From assembly GCA_041746575.1 (NCBI GenBank), contig JBGTGT010000040.1, positions 1 to 64,000 of the forward strand: 64,000 nucleotides of DNA, written 5' to 3'. Both the position numbers and the translations under genes were made by a program. Shown here in pieces: positions 10,200 to 19,947 of the stretch; within the stretch, counting starts at the first letter, position 1, and each line of letters opens with the position of its first letter. The stretch comes from Microcystaceae cyanobacterium (GTDB lineage: Bacteria; Cyanobacteriota; Cyanobacteriia; Cyanobacteriales; Microcystaceae). The notes below the pieces were generated by a model. That model was not told where the DNA came from. It did no database searches and saw nothing but the letters and a program-made list of their open reading frames with translations.

Positions 10200-11192
10200 T
10201 TAGCTATGAACCCTGCCGTCAGGCATTGTCGCACCACGTAGGTTAACGCCTGCCATATTGGCACTCATTAGCTCGGCGCGAGTTAAATTTGTATTACTAA
10301 AATTCGCACCTAATAATACGGCTCTGGCAAAAAAGGCTTCTACTAAATCACATTCACTTAAATTCGCCCCTTTTAAGTTAGCACGGCTAAAATCGACGTG
10401 GTTTAACCGGCCTCCACTCAAATTTGCTTGGGCAAGATTTGCTTTCGTCATTACTGCATGCGTCATCACTGCACCAGTGGCGATCACCCCTTCTAAGTCG
10501 GCTTGAACTAATTGTGTTCGGACTAAGTTGGCATTACTGAGGTTAGCATCCGTCAATTTTGCGCCTGTTAGGTTTGTGTTACTGAGTAAAGCTCCTTTTA
10601 GGTTAGCCCCAGTTAAATCTACTTTACGTAGATCAGCATCCCGTAAATTTGCTTCCTTAAGATTTGCCCCTGCCAGATTCGCCCGACTAAGATCAACCCC
10701 TTTCATATTGGCTCCCTGTAAATCGGCTTTGGAGAGGTTAGCGGCTTGTAAATTGGTATAGTAACTTTTTTTCTCTTGACGCATATTTGCCCCCCGTAGA
10801 CAAGATCCCGTTAGGGTTGCCCCGCTGAGGTCTGCCCCCCGTAAATCAGCACCAATTAAATTGGAATCGAGTAAAATAGCGAGAGTAATATCGGTATCCC
10901 GTAAGTTTGCCCCCTGTAGTAACGTACCGTGAAGGGTTGCTCCTCTTAAGTCGGCTCCACTGAGATCCGACTGACTAAGGCTGGCACCGCTTAAGTTTGC
11001 CCCCACGAGATTGGCTTGCGCCAAATTGGCACGATTGAGAAAAGCAAATAAAAGATTAGCTCCGCGTAAATCCGCTTCATTTAGCGTAATACCGATTAGA
11101 TCAGCGTTAATTAGATTAATCCCCGCAAGTTTTAGCCCACTAAATTGGGTTTCCCCGGCGGCATAGCGTTCAATGAGTTCGTTGGGTTTCAT
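10200..11192 (-). CDS. Pentapeptide repeat protein
   Basis: Continuous A(D/N)LxG repeats; N-terminus ELIERYAAGE, C-terminus GATMPDG. Confidence 0.95.
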   Translation of the reverse strand: MKPNELIERYAAGETQFSGLKLAGINLINADLIGITLNEADLRGANLLFAFLNRANLAQANLVGANLSGASLSQSDLSGADLRGATLHGTLLQGANLRDTDITLAILLDSNLIGADLRGADLSGATLTGSCLRGANMRQEKKSYYTNLQAANLSKADLQGANMKGVDLSRANLAGANLKEANLRDADLRKVDLTGANLKGALLSNTNLTGAKLTDANLSNANLVRTQLVQADLEGVIATGAVMTHAVMTKANLAQANLSGGRLNHVDFSRANLKGANLSECDLVEAFFARAVLLGANFSNTNLTRAELMSANMAGVNLRGATMPDGRVHS

Positions 11193-11258
11193 AGCAATTA
11201 GAAAAAACAAGAAAAAAAGTCAGAAAAATCGAAAAAATTGCTTTCAAGCAGACTAATT

Positions 11259-12455
11259 CTAAATAAAGGGCTTAATCGCTTCGAGAATAGTACTAGCCGC
11301 TTGACTGTGAAGCTCTACCTCACTTAGCCCTTTGGCGGTTGTCTGTAATTTTTGCTCAATCTCTGCTAGAGAATAGCCCCCTTGCATTATCTGTTCAACG
11401 AGATCATCAATGGTGTAACTTCGTAACATTGACCAATCTTGACCACTTTTATCCCACGGATGAAATAATACCGAAAACAGAAGAATTTTAGCGCGTAAGG
11501 GATTGGTATATTGAAAAATGGTTTGTCTTATTTCAAATACATCATAAGGGGGGTACGCGGGTGTTACGGGGATCTCTGGAACGGGTTCAATTTGTTTGAG
11601 TTCTGTTACACTACCCCCTTGCTCAAAGGATAGATCAATCACGGATGTTTCAAAGGCTTGCCGTTGAGAATTTACCATAGGTTGGGGCGTATTGAAGGAA
11701 TTCAGTTGAATAATTTGAGTGTTGTAAATTTGGGTACTTCCTTCTTTTTCTAAAGCAGATTCTTCAGCTAAGCTACTGTATAAAACATCTAATTGATTCA
11801 GGATAATATTTGCGATCGCCAAGTACAAAGTTTGTTTATTTAAGTTATCTACAATCTGCTTTAATCCGATTTGTAGCTCATGTCGAGTGGGATACATTTG
11901 ACAAATATCCCTAATTAAATCGGTTAAACCATAGCCATCGATGACTGCTAAATCATTTTCCCAACGATTCCGACAAATACAATAAATCAGCTTTTTGATG
12001 CGAGATTGTTCTTGATGGGTTTCGATTTGTTGCGTCACTTGAGCAACTAAAAAACGAGGATCGACCGTTGGGGTGACGTTGGCTTCATTGAGCCTAATTT
12101 GAGTGCCTTCCTCTTCTTCAATTGGCTCTGCCTCCAAAACCGGCGTGGGAGTATTAAGGGTTTCATAAAGGGGTGTCACTTGATCTAAAATAACTTTAGC
12201 AACCCCAGCATAAACTTTTGGTCGGTTCAGCGTTTTTACCAATTTATACAAAGAAAATGTCAATTGTTCTACGGTTGGCCTTACAATAATCAATTCCTCC
12301 AATAAATCTTTGCAGGAAAATGTATTTAAGACATGGGGCTCGTTTTCCCAATATTTTTTACAGAGGCAAAATATTAATTTTTTAATTCGTAAGGCTTCTT
12401 CATGATGATCTAAAACTTGCACCACATCAGGTAAAAGCTTGGTTGATAATTGCAT
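11259..12455 (-). CDS. Hypothetical protein with three internal helical repeats
   Basis: 398-aa ORF; repeats RIKKLIFCLCKKYWEN / RIKKLIYCICRNRWEN / RAKILLFSVLFHPWDK. Confidence 0.8.
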   Translation of the reverse strand: MQLSTKLLPDVVQVLDHHEEALRIKKLIFCLCKKYWENEPHVLNTFSCKDLLEELIIVRPTVEQLTFSLYKLVKTLNRPKVYAGVAKVILDQVTPLYETLNTPTPVLEAEPIEEEEGTQIRLNEANVTPTVDPRFLVAQVTQQIETHQEQSRIKKLIYCICRNRWENDLAVIDGYGLTDLIRDICQMYPTRHELQIGLKQIVDNLNKQTLYLAIANIILNQLDVLYSSLAEESALEKEGSTQIYNTQIIQLNSFNTPQPMVNSQRQAFETSVIDLSFEQGGSVTELKQIEPVPEIPVTPAYPPYDVFEIRQTIFQYTNPLRAKILLFSVLFHPWDKSGQDWSMLRSYTIDDLVEQIMQGGYSLAEIEQKLQTTAKGLSEVELHSQAASTILEAIKPFI

Positions 12456-12516
12456 AATTTATGACCTCTTATTTAGAAAATAACGGGGTGACCAAAGGTT
12501 TAAAAATGAGATATCA

Positions 12517-13143
12517 CTAGGGATAAAAGGTCGCTAATTGGGCGAAATCCTCTGGTGTGTTGCAGTTAAATAGACACTGGGAATCATCAAGGGGAAGGGA
12601 ATAAATATTCTGTGGGGCTAACCATTTCTGAAAAGAGCGTCCACCCTGACGGACAAAGGCTTTTCCCGATGCTAGACATTGACGACGATAAAAGCCACAG
12701 AGAGGCTCCCATCCCTTGGGATGTTGGGGCAAAGCGGCGATCGCTTCAGGAGGAATGTGCCGCAGAAGGGTTAACCATTGTTCTAGTATATTTAAGGTTA
12801 AATAAGGCAAATCACAGGCAAGTAACAAACACCAAGGGGTTTGTATGTAGGGAAGTCCTTGTAAAAATCCCCTTAAAGGCCCAGGTGACTCCGATTGACC
12901 TTCCGGCAGGATTTCAGGAATAATGTCACAATTTTGCGGTAAAATTGAGCGATAGCGATCGCCCCACGGCGTGACGACATAAACCGTTTTTGTGCAAGCC
13001 TGTGCCATCAAACAGAGGGATTGCAATAATGGTTGTCCTCTGACTTCTAACAGTGCTTTATCCCTGCCCATACGACGACTTTTGCCGCCCGCCAGAATAA
13101 GAGTGGAGACGTTGAGTTGATCGAGTGGTAAGAATTGTTCCAT
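12517..13143 (-). CDS. mobA: Molybdenum cofactor guanylyltransferase
   Basis: LAGGKSRRMGRDKA, GPLRG, LACDLP, EPLCGFY, FNCNTPED. Confidence 0.92.
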   Translation of the reverse strand: MEQFLPLDQLNVSTLILAGGKSRRMGRDKALLEVRGQPLLQSLCLMAQACTKTVYVVTPWGDRYRSILPQNCDIIPEILPEGQSESPGPLRGFLQGLPYIQTPWCLLLACDLPYLTLNILEQWLTLLRHIPPEAIAALPQHPKGWEPLCGFYRRQCLASGKAFVRQGGRSFQKWLAPQNIYSLPLDDSQCLFNCNTPEDFAQLATFYP

Positions 13144-13193
13144 GAACCGCTCTGACAAAAGAATCTTGTTAGACTAACATTAGCATTCCCCAA

Positions 13194-13622
13194 ATGAATC
13201 AAAATGTTACAGCTACCGAGTCTAAAGTCATGAATCGGGATCAGAAATATCACTCAGAGGGCGATCCATTCCAAGAGAAAACCCTAAATAAGTTACGATT
13301 ATTAATCTATCTATTGCCTGTAGTGGGCTGGATACCTTCTCTATGGACGTCGTATCGTCGCCAAGGTAACCCCGAAGAATTATCCGTCAGTCGTCTTTCG
13401 GTTACGTTAACCCTACTTTGGGGCGTGAGTTATGCTTTACTCTGGCTAGGGTCATTACAAACCTCAGAACTCTTTACCCTGCGCCTATTGTATCTTAATG
13501 GATTATTGACTTCTGGTTATTTACTGATTTCTCTTGGCTTAATTTTGCGGGTTTTGCAAGGAAAGCCTGTCTCTTTACCTTTCGTTAGTGGATTATCTAA
13601 AAAAATACTCAAAAAAAATTAA
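13194..13622 (+). CDS. Hypothetical membrane protein
   Basis: 142-aa ORF with three hydrophobic segments. Confidence 0.7.
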   Translation: MNQNVTATESKVMNRDQKYHSEGDPFQEKTLNKLRLLIYLLPVVGWIPSLWTSYRRQGNPEELSVSRLSVTLTLLWGVSYALLWLGSLQTSELFTLRLLYLNGLLTSGYLLISLGLILRVLQGKPVSLPFVSGLSKKILKKN

Positions 13623-13812
13623 AGCCTCTGAAGAAAATTTCAATCAAAAAAAACAATGGATTTTTAATTTGATTTATTGCTTCTTTAATCTGACTATAGA
13701 TAGAGGGACTTTTTGCAAATTATTTTAAGATCAGTAACCATAGCATAATCTAACTTGTAAAGGCAGGACAAAACTGCAAACTTTATCACAGTAAAAATAA
13801 AATCAATATCCC

Positions 13813-15408
13813 ATGAAACAAGTATCTGTCGCCCAAATAAATGACTTAAGCAATGGTCAAATGAAACAAATCTCTATTGGAGATTCTCAGATCTTATTAA
13901 CTAAGATTAATGATAAATTTTATGCGACAGGAGCATTTTGTAGTCATTATGGTGCGCCCTTAGAGCAAGGAATTTTATCAGGAGAAAAAATTATTTGTCC
14001 TTGGCATAATGCTTGTTTTAATCTAATTTCAGGTCAACAAGAAAATCCCCCTGGTTTGAACTCTTTGTCGAGTTTCCCAACCCACATAGAAGGAGATCAA
14101 GTTTATGTACAACTACCGGATGAAATATCTCAACATCGGACGTTAGCAATGGGCAAATATCAGCCAACATCTGACGATCGTACCTTCGTTGTTTTAGGAG
14201 CAGGTGCGGCCGGAGCAAATGCGGTAGAAACGCTACGTCAAAAAGATTTTCAAGGTAAAATTATTTTAATTAGTGCTGAAGAAAAGTTACCTTCGGATCG
14301 CACAAAATTAAGTAAAAACTATCTACAAGGTAAGGTAGAAGAAAATGCGTTACCCCTACGAAGTTGCCAATTTTATGACCATTATGATATTGAATTGCGT
14401 TTTGGTAAAACCGTCACTAAAGTAGATGCTTTAACCCAGACCATTGTATTTGAAGATCATTCGACACTTAACTATGATCTTTTATTATTAGCAACGGGCG
14501 GAAAACCTAGAAAACTCGATATATCGGGAGCAGATTTAGAGCATATTTTTACCCTACGTCAAACCGAGGATGTTAATCACATTTTAGAAACCATTAAAAA
14601 TAAAAATGCTCAAAAAGTTCTAATAATTGGTTCTAGTTTTATCGGAATGGAAGCGGCGGCAAGCTTAAGACAGCAAGGCTTAGCAGTTACGGTCGTTTCT
14701 CCTAGCGATGTCCCCTTTGAAAAAATATTGGGAACTAAGCTGGGAAAAATGTTTCAAACTGTTCACGAAGAAAAGGGGGTAACGTTTAAATTAGAGACAA
14801 AAGTAACTGAATTTATGGGCAATGATAGGGTGCAATCTGTGCGCTTAGATAACGGCGAAATTCTAGAGACAGATTTAGTGATTGTGGGGATTGGCGTTGA
14901 ACCAAATACGCGTTATTTAGAAGGAATAAAATTAAATGACAACGACCACAGTATTGCCGTTAATCAATATCTACAAACTGAAATCCAAGACATCTATGCA
15001 GCCGGAGATATTGCCTCTTTTCCCTACGCAGTAATGGGAAAATCAATTCGCATTGAACATTGGCGACTGGCCGCACAGCACGGGCGAATAGCGGCTGAAA
15101 ATATGGTAGCCAGTCATGATAAATTACGGACAGTTGACACCCTTGTTCCTTTCTTTTGGTCGGGACAATATCATCTAAAATTACGCTATGTGGGATATGT
15201 CGAACAATGGGATAAAGTTATCATTGATGGAGATTTGGCTGAACCTAAGTTTTTAGCTTTTTATGTGCAGAATAAACAAATTATGTCCGTTGCTGGTATG
15301 AATCATGACCAAGATATTGCTGCTATCTCTGAGTTGATGCGCCTTCAAAAAATGCCCGATGAAACAATAATCAAAAATGGCTCGGTTAACTGGCCTAATT
15401 TATTGTAG
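13813..15408 (+). CDS. Rieske [2Fe-2S] plus FAD-dependent pyridine nucleotide-disulfide oxidoreductase (AIF-like)
   Basis: CSHYG...CPWH Rieske ligands; GAGAAG and GSSFIG dinucleotide folds; RIEHW, VPFFWS. Confidence 0.92.
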   Translation: MKQVSVAQINDLSNGQMKQISIGDSQILLTKINDKFYATGAFCSHYGAPLEQGILSGEKIICPWHNACFNLISGQQENPPGLNSLSSFPTHIEGDQVYVQLPDEISQHRTLAMGKYQPTSDDRTFVVLGAGAAGANAVETLRQKDFQGKIILISAEEKLPSDRTKLSKNYLQGKVEENALPLRSCQFYDHYDIELRFGKTVTKVDALTQTIVFEDHSTLNYDLLLLATGGKPRKLDISGADLEHIFTLRQTEDVNHILETIKNKNAQKVLIIGSSFIGMEAAASLRQQGLAVTVVSPSDVPFEKILGTKLGKMFQTVHEEKGVTFKLETKVTEFMGNDRVQSVRLDNGEILETDLVIVGIGVEPNTRYLEGIKLNDNDHSIAVNQYLQTEIQDIYAAGDIASFPYAVMGKSIRIEHWRLAAQHGRIAAENMVASHDKLRTVDTLVPFFWSGQYHLKLRYVGYVEQWDKVIIDGDLAEPKFLAFYVQNKQIMSVAGMNHDQDIAAISELMRLQKMPDETIIKNGSVNWPNLL

Positions 15409-15683
15409 ATTGTCATTAGAATAAGTCAATTGTTGGCTTAATTAAGCCTAAATTTGGGATCATAAATTGGGCAGGGGTTAGGGAACGCAAAACTATCGTT
15501 AATCTAAGTTTTTTTGAGCATATCTGTTATAAAAACGAGTAAAGGTAAAAAAGCGATCGCTGTTGTCCTCCAATGACCCTGCTAAGATGTCACCGTACCG
15601 AGTAATTGGGTTGTTCCTAAAATTGTGGTAGAAAGCGCAAGACTATCTTAGTTAAGTCATTTTATCGCATTTATAAAATATTT

Positions 15684-15881
15684 TTAGCCTTTTTGTGCTT
15701 TTTCAATCGGCTTGTCTCGATTTTCTGCCCATTTTTCAGCTTGTGCGGTAGCAATGGCGATCGCCCTTCCTTCTTCATAACCTTCATCGAGTAAAGCATG
15801 GGCAATTTCAATCGCCTTATTTCGGACTTCTGGATTGAAATTTTTGAGGGAATTGGGATAGTTATCAGATGACCAAGGCAT
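15684..15881 (-). CDS. Small YdaT/DUF2188-like general-stress protein
   Basis: MPWSSDNYPNSLKN...KAIEIAHALLDEGYEEGRAIAIATAQAEKWA matches the MPWxxxDYPxS family. Confidence 0.8.
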   Translation of the reverse strand: MPWSSDNYPNSLKNFNPEVRNKAIEIAHALLDEGYEEGRAIAIATAQAEKWAENRDKPIEKAQKG

Positions 15882-16197
15882 AATGATAATTACTGGTGAA
15901 ATAGTGAAATAAAGACGTAGCTGATCCCTTAAAAATTCACGGGAAAAGTAATGAACTTTGCTTGCGCTTAATTTCTCTTAAAAACTCATTTGATCAAGCA
16001 CACTTGTTATCAGTGTAGCGAGAGAGTTAAGTCCTGTTATCCTTCTGTAAGTATTAATTAAAAATCTGATTTCCCTCTTTATAGAGAGTCCAAATCCTGC
16101 TAAGTCTCTCCCTTCAGAACGAAGAAGATTCCGTGTGAGCTTGTTAATCTGGCTACATATTCAGAATTAATTGCTATCTATGAGGTAAGGGATTGAT

Positions 16198-16890
16198 ATG
16201 GAAAACTCTCTGAGTACACAGACCTCAGCCGATCAACAAGCCGGAGATTTGGAACGTTGGGCTTCAATTATCGGCGGTGGTGCGCTGGTACTCTCTGGTT
16301 TGCAACAGCGATCCTTAAAAGGGATTCTAACGGCGATCGCCGGAGGTGGCTTAGTTTATCAAGGTGTGCAGCAAAAAAGTACGATTAAGCAAGTAGAAGA
16401 TGCCATTGGTCTCGATCATGCCATTCGAGTTGAAAAAACGGTAACGATTAACCGCTCTGCCGCAGACCTTTATAATTTCTGGCGTAATCTTGAAAATCTG
16501 CCTAAATTTATGCGTCATATTCAATCGGTGCAGGTCAAAGATGAACATCATTCCCATTGGGTAGCAAATGCCCCTCTTAATCAAAGTATTGAATGGGATG
16601 CCATTATCATCAATGATGAACCGAATCATTTGATCGCTTGGACATCTGCTGAAGGTGCAGAGATTGAAAACTCTGGATTCGTGCGATTTCAGCCCGCAAC
16701 GGGTAATCGGGGTACAGAAGTTAAGGTTGTGATGGAATATCAACCCCCCGGTGGTGTCATAGCGGCCACTTTTGCCAAACTCTTTGGCGAAGAACCTGAA
16801 CAACAGATCGGGGATGAACTCAACCGTCTAAAACAGTTAATGGAAACGGGAGAGATTGCCACAATCGAGGGACAACCGAAAGGAAGTTAA
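16198..16890 (+). CDS. SRPBCC (cyclase/dehydrase) family protein with N-terminal DUF2892-like hairpin
   Basis: ERWASIIGGG; VTINRS..LYNFWRNLENLPKFM; LKQLMETGEIAT. Confidence 0.9.
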   Translation: MENSLSTQTSADQQAGDLERWASIIGGGALVLSGLQQRSLKGILTAIAGGGLVYQGVQQKSTIKQVEDAIGLDHAIRVEKTVTINRSAADLYNFWRNLENLPKFMRHIQSVQVKDEHHSHWVANAPLNQSIEWDAIIINDEPNHLIAWTSAEGAEIENSGFVRFQPATGNRGTEVKVVMEYQPPGGVIAATFAKLFGEEPEQQIGDELNRLKQLMETGEIATIEGQPKGS

Positions 16891-16922
16891 AGTTTTTTTA
16901 TTAAATTTTCTAAGTTATTATC

Positions 16923-17363
16923 ATGTATCAACTTCTGAGTCTTCGCTTTTCTCATTTTAGAACTAATCTCGCTAAGTCCAAAAACGCAATTCTTGCTTTT
17001 TTTAAAAACAACCCCTCAGAACGCTGGTTAAAAGTTGGGATAATAACCTTTATTTTGGGGTTTAGTATAGCTATTTTTCCGATTAAAATCGCTCATGCCG
17101 TAACATCTCCCCATAGCGAACCCTATCAAAGCGGTCCGATTCGTCAGTCTCGTAATCCTATCAGTAATGAAAATTTTCAAGGTGGAGTTGAACCTTCAGC
17201 GTTAAATCAGCGTAAAAACACCCCTCAACTAAAAAATGATAAAAAAGATCTGATTAAAAGCATTAAAGATAAATTATTCGGATCTTCTTCAGAAACTGCA
17301 CCAGCTGACTTAAAAACTCGTAAAAATCCGACTTTAGAGCGTTATACCAACGAGCAGAGGTAA
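16923..17363 (+). CDS. Hypothetical protein with one TM/signal segment
   Basis: 146-aa ORF in operon position between the SRPBCC and Zn-ADH genes. Confidence 0.6.
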   Translation: MYQLLSLRFSHFRTNLAKSKNAILAFFKNNPSERWLKVGIITFILGFSIAIFPIKIAHAVTSPHSEPYQSGPIRQSRNPISNENFQGGVEPSALNQRKNTPQLKNDKKDLIKSIKDKLFGSSSETAPADLKTRKNPTLERYTNEQR

Positions 17364-17449
17364 AAATTATCTGCGATCAGTAACCCGTTACTTATTAATT
17401 CACCCGATCACCTCGTTTTCCAACTCACTAAAACTTAGGAGAAATTGCC

Positions 17450-18616
17450 ATGAAAGCAGTTTGCTGGCACGGAACCCACGATGTTCGCGTTGATACCGTT
17501 CCCGATCCTAAAATTCTTAATCCTCGTGATGCCATCCTCAAAGTGACTTCTACGGCCATCTGTGGCTCTGATTTGCACCTTTATAATGGTTTCATTCCCA
17601 CCATGCAGTCTGGAGATATCCTTGGTCATGAGTTTATGGGGGAAGTCGTAGAAATAGGCGCAGGAGTTACTAATCTTAAAAAAGGCGATCGCGTTGTTGT
17701 CCCTTTTACCATTTCCTGTGGTAACTGTTTTTTCTGTAACCAAGATCTTTGGTCTTTGTGCGATAATTCCAATCCGAACGCATGGATGGCTGAAAAATTT
17801 TATGGTCACTCCCCGTCAGGCTTATTCGGTTACTCTCATCTCTTGGGAGGCTATGCAGGAGGACAGGCTGAATACGTCCGAGTTCCCTTTGCGGATGTCG
17901 GACCGCTCAAAGTACCAGAAAGCTTAAGCGATGAACAGGTTTTATTCTTAACCGACATTTTTCCGACAGGTTACATGGCGGCAGAAAACTGTGACATTCA
18001 ACGAGGTGAAATTGTGGCTGTGTGGGGTTGTGGCCCTGTGGGACAATTTGCTATTCGTAGCGCACTGATGCTAGGGGCAGAACGGGTGATTGCGATTGAT
18101 CATATTCCCGAAAGATTAACATTAGCTCAAGCGGGTGGCGCAGAAATCATCAATTATGAGGAAATGGATGCCGGAGTCGCCCTTAAGGAAATGACAGGAG
18201 GACGAGGACCTGATTGCTGTATCGATGCGGTGGGTATGGAGGCACACGGAACGGGAGTGATGGCACTGTATGACACCGTTAAGCAAGCCATTCGCATGGA
18301 AACGGGACGACCATTGGTATTACGACAGGCGATCGTGGCTTGCCGAAAAGGAGGAAAAGTGTCTGTTCCCGGTGTTTATGGTGGATTTATCGACACAATG
18401 CCAATGGGGGCTTTCGTTAATAAGGGATTAACCATGCGATCGGGTCAAACTCATGTACATAAGTATCTGCGTCCCTTATTGGAAAGGATTGAAAAGGGTG
18501 ATATTGATCCCACCTTTCTAATTACCCATCGCTTACCCCTTGAAGAAGCTTCCCACGCTTACAAAATCTTTCAGGATAAAGCAGATAATTGCATCAAAGT
18601 TGTTCTCAAACCCTAA
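17450..18616 (+). CDS. Zinc-dependent alcohol/aldehyde dehydrogenase (formaldehyde dehydrogenase-like, YbdR type)
   Basis: ICGSDLH, GHEFMG, CGNCFFC structural Zn site, GCGPVG, RSGQTHV. Confidence 0.93.
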   Translation: MKAVCWHGTHDVRVDTVPDPKILNPRDAILKVTSTAICGSDLHLYNGFIPTMQSGDILGHEFMGEVVEIGAGVTNLKKGDRVVVPFTISCGNCFFCNQDLWSLCDNSNPNAWMAEKFYGHSPSGLFGYSHLLGGYAGGQAEYVRVPFADVGPLKVPESLSDEQVLFLTDIFPTGYMAAENCDIQRGEIVAVWGCGPVGQFAIRSALMLGAERVIAIDHIPERLTLAQAGGAEIINYEEMDAGVALKEMTGGRGPDCCIDAVGMEAHGTGVMALYDTVKQAIRMETGRPLVLRQAIVACRKGGKVSVPGVYGGFIDTMPMGAFVNKGLTMRSGQTHVHKYLRPLLERIEKGDIDPTFLITHRLPLEEASHAYKIFQDKADNCIKVVLKP

Positions 18617-18673
18617 AGCCTCTCTATTGCAATCAAGTTTTTGATCACTCTTTATTTAATAAGGAAAATCGTT

Positions 18674-19870
18674 ATGAGTTTTAATCCTCTTACCGAAAAA
18701 GGTATTCCTTTAGACAAACAATTACGGAATTGGTCAACTTTAAACAGTCAACCTTACCATCCTGCTGACGTACATCCCTATACTCGTACCCGTATCATTA
18801 CCATGAATGGGGTAGAGATCGAATCAATTCTGTTTTCCCATCAGTTTGCGCGTCATACAGCTGACCCCGATATTCGCAAATATTTAGCCCAAACCCGTCG
18901 AATTGAGCAACAACAGCAAAAAGCGGTCAATTGGCTTACTCCTGCTGAGGAATCTAATTTACAAGTCACCATTGGTTATGAACAAGTGGCCGTTGATTTA
19001 ACCGCCTATTTAGCTCGCACAGAACCCGATCCCTATCTCAAGCAAGCCTTCGAATTCGGACTATTAGAAGACTTTGACCATCTTTACCGCTATGCCAACC
19101 TGCTAGATATGCTAGAAGGCAAAAAAGCGGCCGAAATCACCGGAGAATTAACAGAAATTATGCCCGGACGACCGACCGCCGATGAACACCGTCATCCCAT
19201 TGATGATGTTCGGACACCCAGCGATCGCAAACAGGCGAATCCCTTATCTATCCTTCATACCATGACCCTTGTGGCCGCCGAACAGCAAACCATGAGCTGG
19301 TATATGAATGTAGGTAACCGTCCGATGGAACCTTTAGCGCGGGGTCTATATCTAGAAATTGCCCAGATTGAAGAACAGCACGTTACTCACTACGAATCTC
19401 TGCTAGATCCGAACGCTTCTTGGTTTGAGCGAGACGTGATGCACCAGTACAACGAATGTTACCTTTACTATTCATTTATGCAACAAGAACCCGATCCTCG
19501 GATTAAGCAACTGTGGGAACTGCATCTTAATATGGAAATTGAGCAACTCCGTTTAGCTTGCGACATGATGCGTAAGCACGAAAAGCGAGATCCTGAAAGC
19601 TTTTTACCCAAAGAACTGCCAGAACCTGTGAAGTTTCAAGAAAATAAAGCGTATATCCGTCAATTGCTAGAATCGCAGGTTAACCTTACAGGGGATGAAA
19701 CTCAGTTTGTTCCTGTCGAAGAACTGCCGAAAGATCATCGCTACTTCCAATATCAACAAACGGTTAATGCTGGGGGAGTTCCCAGTGAACAGGTGATTCA
19801 ACGCTATCAGCAAAAAATGGGAGGAGAATATCGCTCTCAGACGGAAGGTCGCCATCCGGTAAACGCTTAA
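18674..19870 (+). CDS. Conserved hypothetical protein, probable ferritin-like (di-metal carboxylate) fold
   Basis: Helical protein with EDFDH, EEQH and further Glu-rich ExxH-like motifs; ATG at 18674 follows an AGGA RBS. Confidence 0.7.
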   Translation: MSFNPLTEKGIPLDKQLRNWSTLNSQPYHPADVHPYTRTRIITMNGVEIESILFSHQFARHTADPDIRKYLAQTRRIEQQQQKAVNWLTPAEESNLQVTIGYEQVAVDLTAYLARTEPDPYLKQAFEFGLLEDFDHLYRYANLLDMLEGKKAAEITGELTEIMPGRPTADEHRHPIDDVRTPSDRKQANPLSILHTMTLVAAEQQTMSWYMNVGNRPMEPLARGLYLEIAQIEEQHVTHYESLLDPNASWFERDVMHQYNECYLYYSFMQQEPDPRIKQLWELHLNMEIEQLRLACDMMRKHEKRDPESFLPKELPEPVKFQENKAYIRQLLESQVNLTGDETQFVPVEELPKDHRYFQYQQTVNAGGVPSEQVIQRYQQKMGGEYRSQTEGRHPVNA

Positions 19871-19947
19871 GCTTAAACCAGCCTTAAAGCGTGTCAGTTT
19901 AATCACTGCAATTACTGTAAAAATTCTTTTATTTAGGAGACAAATTC

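Noticed and set aside
10200..11192. Periodic DNA suggesting a CRISPR or tandem array
   Set aside because: Explained by pentapeptide coding repeats; no repeat-spacer array, tRNA or rRNA was seen in the window
15420..15660. Possible gene remnant containing a HIP1 site
   Set aside because: Frames are short and interrupted, and I could not assign a family
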